A stretch of DNA of 64,000 bases from Macrostomum lignano (lineage: Eukaryota): assembly GCA_002269645.1 (NCBI GenBank), contig NIVC01002165.1:156235-220234 (forward strand), written 5' to 3'. Position 1 is the stretch's first letter. Each line of letters begins with the position of its first letter. Shown piece by piece: positions 51,001-60,000 of the stretch. Under the pieces are notes generated by a model. That model searched no databases. It was given only the letters and a program-made list of their open reading frames with translations, and was not told the origin of the DNA. Position numbers and translations under genes: made by a program.

Positions 51001-54000
51001 GGTTCTTTCAGCTGTTCGCGTTGACTTAACGGAAGCAAAACAGTTGCTTCAAGCTGCGTACGTGCTCCCTGCAACAATGATTTCTGCGAGGTTTAGCAGC
51101 GTACGCAGGCGGGAAACAGATCCGTGGGAAGTGTTTCAGCCGCGGGCGCGTGAATGTCAGGCTTATCCGGGTGTATCTTGTTGCACGGTTAGCCTATAAG
51201 TTTGGCCTGGCTGCGGAGTTTGAGCGGGAAGCTGAGAACAAATTTCCCGCTTGCAAGAAATGTAAAACGGTTGCTAAGGCCCGCGTTTCTCGCAATCCCA
51301 GGGCTTGTCCCAATTTTCTGACTGGTTAAAGAATTATTTATTGTCAGTTCTCAACTTACATTTTGCTTTGCCAGGCAGATGCAAAATGCACACTGAAATC
51401 CTTGCGCCTTCTACTGTCGGATGGGTTGCTTCTGGCTGGGAAAGCGCCGGGGTGGTTATTTTATCCTAAAAAAATCCTGCGGGCTCGCAGTGGGAAGAAA
51501 AGGGAGGAGAAGGGAAGTGGAAATCGACCTCTCCAGTCCGGCTATTGGCCAGGACAAAATTCTGCACTGGCCTGTTTGGACTGCGGAGGCGGAGTTGACT
51601 GAGAAGTGTATTCTCTCCCTCTCTCTCGTAATATTTGTGCAGCGGTTAGACTTGTTGATCAATGTAGCGACGCTAATGCGGAGATGATAGAGATAGCCAT
51701 CGCAGAGATAAATATAGTTATAAAAATTATGGCATGCGGCCAGCTGACCCGCAGCCAGTGAGTCGAGCACGCGTGCTCATACAGGGTGTACATGGGCCCT
51801 GACTTCCTCATCATTAGTAGGAATGTACACACCCCGTGCCTTAGGCTAGAGCTGCACAAGCCCCGAGGCCAATTTTGAACGAGACAGTTCGAATCGTTCG
51901 AAACAGAGTTTGAAAGATAACTGTACCCTTTTATACCAGTGTACTTTGTACAGCATACTAGATTTTCTACAAAAAAGGCACTGTGGTGCGCGTGAGCTCA
52001 CAAATTGCTTTCTTCTACTCAATTGTTTGCCTCAGATAAGTATTGAACTGCCGCTTCCCATCTCTCTCTTCCCTCTCCCTACCTCTCTCTACCTCAGCAC
52101 ATTAGTTTTACCTGTTGGTTGATTCTGTCTACGCGTTCAAACCTTGCATTTTTTCCATTCCTTTGTTGTGCCAGCGCAGTGCAGGGTTGCACGGCCTAAA
52201 AGCATAGATGATTTTTCAAAACTGCCTCCGCATCGTTAACATTTTACAGCCAGTTAAATTGCCTGCTGACTTGTTGCTTATGCTTGAAATTATTTTGTCC
52301 CCCATTCATCTTGCCTGCATCAGCCGTTTTGCGTATACCAGTGTAGAGGATTTTTGTCCCCCTGGCAGAGAGCTGCGGCTGTGTGGGCTTTATTCTTTTC
52401 AACAATATATCTACATGTCGTGACCCGGGTCGGTTTGGGTGCCCAGTCCCGAGTACAATATATTTTACGTAATCTAACAGGCGTAGTGACGCTCTGTCTG
52501 TACTTTTATGAATACGAGCAGGCGTGACGACGCTCTGCGATAATAGTTCGATTCCTCTGGTGTTGTGACACTCAGAGTTCACGCTGCGGCTCGAGGTGTG
52601 GTGACACTCTCGGGTGCTTCTAGTTTCGATACTGTAGGTTGTACACGCTATATAAAGTAACCGGTACAGTACTACAATAATACGCAATATACAACGCTGC
52701 TGTGCCGCAGTGGTCACAGTCGCAGGCGTGATGACGCTCTAGCTATGGAATCACTGCTACGGCAAGGCCTCGGAAAAGCTAAAGAAGCGAATGAACTCGG
52801 GGGTCTTACCGGTGCCAGAAACTGTGGAGCTCGTTCGAGTATCGCTACCACTTGACCGCTTTATTTGTAGCTTTGGGTACCACAGATCGATAAACAGAGA
52901 TGCCAAAATCCGAATTTGGACATGCAATAAATTGAGTCCCCGCAGTAAGAGACCGTATAGACACGGCTCGCTTGAATATCGCTAGGTTAGATTGAAGAGC
53001 TAGGCACGGGCGCGGAGCGGAGAGCGGGGAGCTGGCTGGGCCAGGCTTGAGCACTCCACTTAACAGGGTAGAGGGGCAGACAACGCGAGAGAGAGAGAGA
53101 GATGCCAAACAAAAGAGACGACCCTTCAGCCAATCAGCGTGCCCGCCGAGCAGATCTGATTGACTGGGGGCCAGAAAAGAAAACCACAAAAACACAAGCC
53201 CAGCCAATCAGCGACCGCCGCGGGGAAAGACTCAAGCCGGGCTGAGCGCCCCCCCCCCCAACCAGCCAGAACTGGTCTGGGGATGGCCGCCTAGGGCGCA
53301 CATAAAAAACAACTCAAAAAGTGCAAGAGCACTCAACAGGCCAGACACTACATACGCGTGGAGCAGACCAGCTCAGCGGTGAACACAGCCATGAGGGCCA
53401 GCCCCCAAGGCACAGATAGTGTACATGCTTGAGGATTAGAAAGTCAGGACCGCAGTACACCCTGTGCGAGCGTGTGTATGAATGCAGTGCCTGCGTACTG
53501 TATTGGTGCGCTTGTGTGCGCTCAGGTCAGGAGTCAGTGGAATGGGCACAATTGGTTCGCCCGTATCTCTTTTTTTGGCAACCATTGTCCGTCTTCTGTC
53601 CCATTCTGTGTTTCGCCTCTTGTCTTCCGTCTTCTACCCCTCTATATTGCTTGCTGCCTCTCTTTGCACCTTTCCCTCCCTTCTCCTCTGTTGTCAGTGG
53701 ATAAACTTGGCCTTGATTTGAGCCCCCTTGTAGTGAAATTCGAATGCCTTATAGAAACTCCTGACTGGCTGCAGTTTGACATTGATTTTGCGTCAAAACC
53801 AGAACGCGGACACAAGGAATACGAACTGATTGAACTGTCGTAAAACTGGACAAAAAAGTTAAAAAGGAAGTTTGCCACACGGACAGGCCGACAGGGCAGG
53901 GTTAAAGTAACGACCTGCTTGCTTAGGGGCATGGAACCAATTCATTCATCACCAATATTAAAGCTGGAAGTGCAGCTCTGAAGGTCATTGGAAAACTGCA

Positions 54001-57000
54001 AAGCTGTGGGAGAGTGGCTTAAACTCTCTAGGCCATGACTGGTCAGCATCCTGTAGTTGGCCTGAGACTGAGAGAGACTGAGAGAAACTAGAGGTGGAGA
54101 CTGAGAGAGACTGGAAGGAGACTGAGAGAGACTAGGGGTGGAGACGGAGAGAGACTGGGAGAGACCGAGAGAGACTGAAAGAGACTGAGAGAGACTGAAA
54201 GACGGGCAGAGATAGAGAGGGTGACAGAGAGAGAGAGGGAGACTGAGGCTGTGTAGCACCAAGCAATAGTACTCTGCAAAAGTGCACGTTATTTGTTGTA
54301 AGTTACTTGTCTATGCCAGATCTACCGAACGTTCGACCGCACCCATAGGCGACACTGTACCCCTTTAGTTATCACAGAGTCCTCTGGACTAATTTGCAAT
54401 AGATTTATCCCTTGCTTGAGTATAATTGCCATTCCTAGCAAAGAAAGTGTTTAACCCGGCGAGTCCGTCTATGTTCTTTGTTCTAAACCTTTTCATTTTG
54501 CTGCTTCAAGTGTCTTTGACTTTGAAAAAAACTTATAGGCTTTGCTAAAATTGAAAGTCTCTTAAACTTAACGATGTCTAAAAAGGGATACAAGTGGTTT
54601 AATTGGCATTTTATTAGTTCTTTTGCACGACCTTTGCACTGCTGACTGATATTTTCTGTCAGCCGCAAACTTTCACCTGCGTCACATCAAGCATCTCTTT
54701 TGTCACACCAAGCGTCACCCCAGAGAGTCACACCAAGCGTCACCCCAGAGTCACACCAAGCGTCACCCCAGAGAGTCACACCAAGCGTCACCCTCCAGCG
54801 AGTCACACCAAGCGTCACCCCAGAGAGTCACACCAAGCGTCACCCTCCAGCGAGTCACACCAAGCGTCACCTCAAAGAGTCACACCAAGCGTCACCCCAG
54901 AGAGTCACATCAACCGTAACCCCACAGAGAGTCACACCAAGCGTCACCCCAGAGAGTCACACCAGGCGTCACATCAGAGTCACACCAAGCGTCACCCCAG
55001 AGAGTCACATCAACCGTAACCCCACAGAGAGTCACACCAAGCGTCACCCCAGAGAGTCACACCAGGCGTCACATCAAAGAGTCACACCAAGCGTCACCCC
55101 AGAGAGTCACATCAACCGTCACCCCAGAGAGTCACATCAACCGTCACCCCAGAGAGTCACATCAACCGTCACCCCAGAGAGTCACATCAACCGTCACCCC
55201 AGAAAGTCACATCAAGCGTCACCCCAGAAAGTCACACCAAGAGTCACCCCAGAGAGTCACATCAACCGTCACCCCAGAGAGTCACATCAACCGTCACCCC
55301 AGAGAGTCACATCAACCGTCACCCCAGAGAGTCACATCAACCGTCACCCCAGAGAGTCACATCAACCGTCACCCCAGAGAGTCACATCAACCGTCACCCC
55401 AGAGAGTCACACCAAGCGTCACTCAGCGTCACTCAAATCAAGTTTCTCTTTGCGCCCGCAGGCTGACAGCTCCGGCGACGCGCCGCAGTCAGCCAGCTGG
55501 TCATTCGACGAAGTCAAGGAGGTGCACCTTCGCCGCTACGAGCTCCGCGACAACGCCCTCGAGATTTTTCTGGCCAACGGTGCCGCCTACCTGCTGGCGT
55601 TTCAGTCGCCTCGCGATCGCGACGAAGTGGCCCGCGTGGTGGACGGCCTGGAGTTGGACAGCCGCGTCCGCCAGCTCACAGTTGACGAGGCCCAGCGCCA
55701 GTGGGTCACCGGCCAGATGAGCAACTTCGAGTACTTGGCCTTCCTCAACACGGCCTCTGGCAGGTCCTACAACGACCTCATGCAGTACCCGTGTTCCCCT
55801 GGGTCCTGGCCGACTACGACTCCGTCGAGCTGGACCTGACCCAGCCGGCCACCTTCCGCGACCTCGCTAGGCCGATCGGCACCCAGGACGACTCGGCCGT
55901 GGCCCGGCACCGGGACAAATACGAAGTGCTGGACAGGCAGTACAGGGAGCTCGGACCGGACCACGCCACGCCGCCCTATCACTATTCGAGTCACTATTCG
56001 AACTCGGGCACCGTGCTGCACTACTTGGTCCGCCTGCCGCCCTACACCCAGCTGTTCACCGTGTACCAGGACCGGCACTTCGACCTGCCCGATCGGACTT
56101 TTCACTCCATCCGAACCAGCTGGCGCTTGAGCTCGAAGCTGTCGGACTCGGACGTCAAGGAGCTCATTCCGGAGTTCTTCTGCCTGCCGGAGTTTTTTAT
56201 CAACAGCGAGGAGCTCGACTTCGGCGTCAAGCAGTCCGGAGTTCGAGTTGACAATGTCGAACTGCCGCCCTGGGCCGCCGATGATCCGCGCCGGTTCGTC
56301 CTCATTCACCGGGCCGCCCTGGAGTCGCCGCTCGTCACTGAGAAACTGCACAAGTGGATTGACCTCATCTTCGGGTACAAGCAGACAGGTAATGTTCGGC
56401 TTGCTTGCTATGGGATTGAGGATCTGGGGGGATTATGGACTTAGGTGGAGATTGGGGATCTGGGTGGAGATTGGGGATCTGGGTGGAGATTGGGGATCTG
56501 GGTAGAGATTGGGGATCTGGGTGGAGATTGGGGATCTGGGTTGAGATTGGGGATCTGGGTTTAGATTGGGATCTGGGTTGAGATTAGGGACTTGGGTTGA
56601 GATTGGGGATCTGGGTTGAGATTGGGGATCTGGGTTGAGATTGGGGATCTGGGTTGAGATTGGGGTTCTGGGTTGAGATTGGGGATCTGGGTTTAGATTG
56701 AGGATCTGGGTTGAGATTAGGGATCTGGGTTTAGATTGAGGATCTGGGTTGAGATTGGGGATCTGGGTTTAGATTGGGGATCTGGGTTTAGATTGGGGAT
56801 CTGGGTTGAGATTGGGGATCTGGGTTGAGATTGGGGATCTGGGTTTAGATTGGGGATCTGGGTTGAGATTGAGGATCTGGAGAAGAGATTGGAGGATCTG
56901 GATATGATATTGAGGATCTGGGGATGACATTGAGGATCTGGAGAAGAGATTGAGGATCTGGAGAAGAGATTGAGGATCTGGATATGATATTGAGGATCTG

Positions 57001-60000
57001 GGGATGACATTGAGGATCTGGAGAAGAGATTGAGGATCTGGAGAAGAGATTGAGGATCTGGGGATGAGATTGAGGATCTGGGGATGAGATTGAGGATCTG
57101 GGGGTGAGATTAGGGATATGGGGATGAGATTAGGGATCTGAGGATGAGAATAGGGATCTGGGTTGAGATCGAGGATCTGAAGGTGAGATTGAGGATCTGG
57201 GTGAGATTGAGGATCTGTGGGTTAGATTGAGGATCTTGGGGTGAGATTGAGGATCTTGGGGTGAGATTGAGGATCTGGGGGTGAGACTGAGGATCTAGGG
57301 GCGAGATTAGGCATCTGGGGGGAGATTGAGGATCTGGGGGTGAGATTATCCGATAGCTAAATCTGCCTAAAAACTTTGTCGTCTCCTCTTAAACGCGCAG
57401 GCAAGGCGGCGCTCAGCTCGGTGAACCTGTTCCACCCGTACACCTACTTCGGCGCCATCGACCTGGACCAGATCGACGACCCGGTGCGGCGCCGCGCCAT
57501 CGAGACGATGATCAAGACGTACGGCCAGACGCCTAAGCAGCTGTTCCGATCGCCGCACCAGCCGCCTGTGGCAGCGGCGCCTCGCTCTGGCCGGGTGCCC
57601 GGGGCTTTCGGCGTTCGATTTGGAAATTATTGCGGCTCGCCAGACTGCCAGGCCCCGCCCCAGGTGCGCTGCCGGGATGGGGCCAGCTGGGGCCGGCCTG
57701 TGTGGTGCTTCTGCCACTACAGGATCCGTGATATTATACTGGATCACCTTCCCAGATCCTCAGTTGCTGGGCCAGCTATCAACCTCCCAGATCCTCAGTT
57801 TCTGGGCCAGCCTCCCAGATCCTCAGTTTCTGGGCCAATCTCCCAGATCCCTAGTTCCCTAGTTTCCGGGCCAGCCTCCCAGATCCCCAGTTTCTGGGCC
57901 AGCTTCCCAGATCCTCAGTTTCTGGGCCAGCCTCCCAGATCCTCAGTTTCTAGGCCAGCCTCCCGGATCCTCAGTTTCTGGGCCAGCCTCCCGGATCCTC
58001 AGTTTCTAGGCCAGCCTCCCGGATCCTCAGTTTCTGGGCCAGCCTCCCGGATCCTCAGTTTCTGGGCCAGCTTCCCAGATCCTCAGTTGCTGGGCCAGCC
58101 TCCCAGATCCTCAGTTTCTGGGCCAGCTTCCCAGATCCTCAGTTGCTGGGCCAGCCTCCCAGATCCTCAGTTGCTTGGCCAGCCGTCAACCTACCAGATC
58201 CTCAGTTTCTGGGCCAGCCTCCCAGATCCTCAGTTTCTGGGCCAGCCTCCCGGATTCTCAGTTTCTGGGCCAGCTTCTCAGATCCTCAGTTTCTGGGCCA
58301 GCCTCCCAGATCCTCAGTTTCTGGGCCAGCCTCCCAGATCCTCAGTTTCTGGGCCAGCCTCCCAGATCCTCAGTTTCTTGGCCACTGCCAGCCTCTCAGA
58401 TGCTTAATCCCCTCTCTTCCGCTGGACCACAGGTTGCCTGGTGCGAGCAGCTGGCGGCCCCGGTGGCCCAGCTGGTGTTGAAACCGTCGCCTGTCGGTCC
58501 GAGCGCTCCGGAGGTGCTCGGCCTGTGCCCCGGCACCTGCGCCCTGGCCGGCGGCCAGCTGCTGGTCGGCGCCGCTGACAATGTTTTCCGCTGGCGCCCG
58601 GCGCCAACCTCGGCAAGCGCCAGCGCCGGCGCTGGACAAGCGCTGGGCGCGCCTCCGCCGGACTGGCTGGGCGACCGGGTCACCGCGGCCGCTGCCTGCG
58701 GATGGCGCGTCTTCTGCGGCCTCCGCTCCGGCCTGCTGCGCGTGTTCTCCGTAGCCGCCTCGTCCACCGGCTCCGCCGCGCCCGCCTCGTCCTCCGCGTC
58801 CGGGGCCCGCGGCCGGGCCGGCGGCCGGATCGACTGGCTCGGCGAGGCGCCCGTGCCGCTGCTCGGCCACCGGTCGGCGGTCACCGCGGCGCACGCCTGC
58901 CCGGAGTTTGCGCTGCTCGCCACTGGCGACGCCGCCGGCCGCGTGCTGCTGTGGGACACTAACCAGGTGGCCTACGTGCGCTGCCTGCGACCTTCTGGTC
59001 CGCCCGTGGCCGCGCTGACCGCGTCGCCGACTCTGGCAGATGTGGCCGTGCTCGGACAGGTAAGGCTGAAGATCAAATAGGAGTCAGACTCAGTTAGGTT
59101 CAAGTTCATGTAGGCTGGTTAGAGTCAATGTCGGGTAGGTTCAAGGCTGGGTTGGGTCAAGGTCGGGTCGAGCCAAGATCGGGTAGGGTTAAGGTCGGGT
59201 AGGGTCAAGGTCTTGTAGGGTCAAGGTCGGGTAGGGTCAAGGTCTTGTAGGGTCAAGGTCTTGTAGGGTCAAGGTCGGGTAGGGTCAAGGTCGGGTAGGG
59301 TCAAGGTTGGGTAGGGTCAAGGTCTTGTAGGGTCAAGGTCGGGTAGGGTCAAGGTCTTGTAGGGTCAAGGTCTTGTAGGGTCAAGGTCGGGTAGGGTCAA
59401 GGTTTGGTAGGGTCAAGGTCGGGTAGGGTCAAGGTCTTGTAGGGTCAAGGTCTTGTAGGGTCAAGGTCGGGTAGGGTCAAGGTCGGGTAGGGTCAAGGTC
59501 GGGTAGGGTCAAGGTTTGGTAGGGTCAAGGTCGGGTAGGGTCAAGGTCGGGTAGGGTCAAGGTCTTGTAGGGTCAAGGTCCGGTAGGGTCAAGGCCGGAT
59601 AGGGTCAAGGTCGGGTAGGGTCAAGGTCGGGTAGGGTCAAGGTCGGGTAGGGTCAAGGTCTTGTAGGGTCAAGGTCGGGTAGGGTCAAGGTCGGGTAGGG
59701 TCAAGGTCCGGTAGGGTCAAGGTCGGGTAGGGTCAAAGTCCGGTAGCGTCAAGGTCGGGTAGGGTCAAGGTCCGGTAGGGTCAAGGTCGGGTAGGGTCGA
59801 GGTCGGGTAGGGTCGGGTGAGCTGCTTTAATATTTATTACCCAATTAATTCCGTGCTCCACGGGCCGCAGGGCCAGGGCAGCCAGCTCACGGTGTACACC
59901 GCCAACGGAGCCCTAGTCGGTTCAGTCAGCAGCGGCGGCGGAGGTGGCGGCGGCGACCGGATCACCTGCGCCGTGTACAGCTCCCTGCCTGAGGGCCGCT

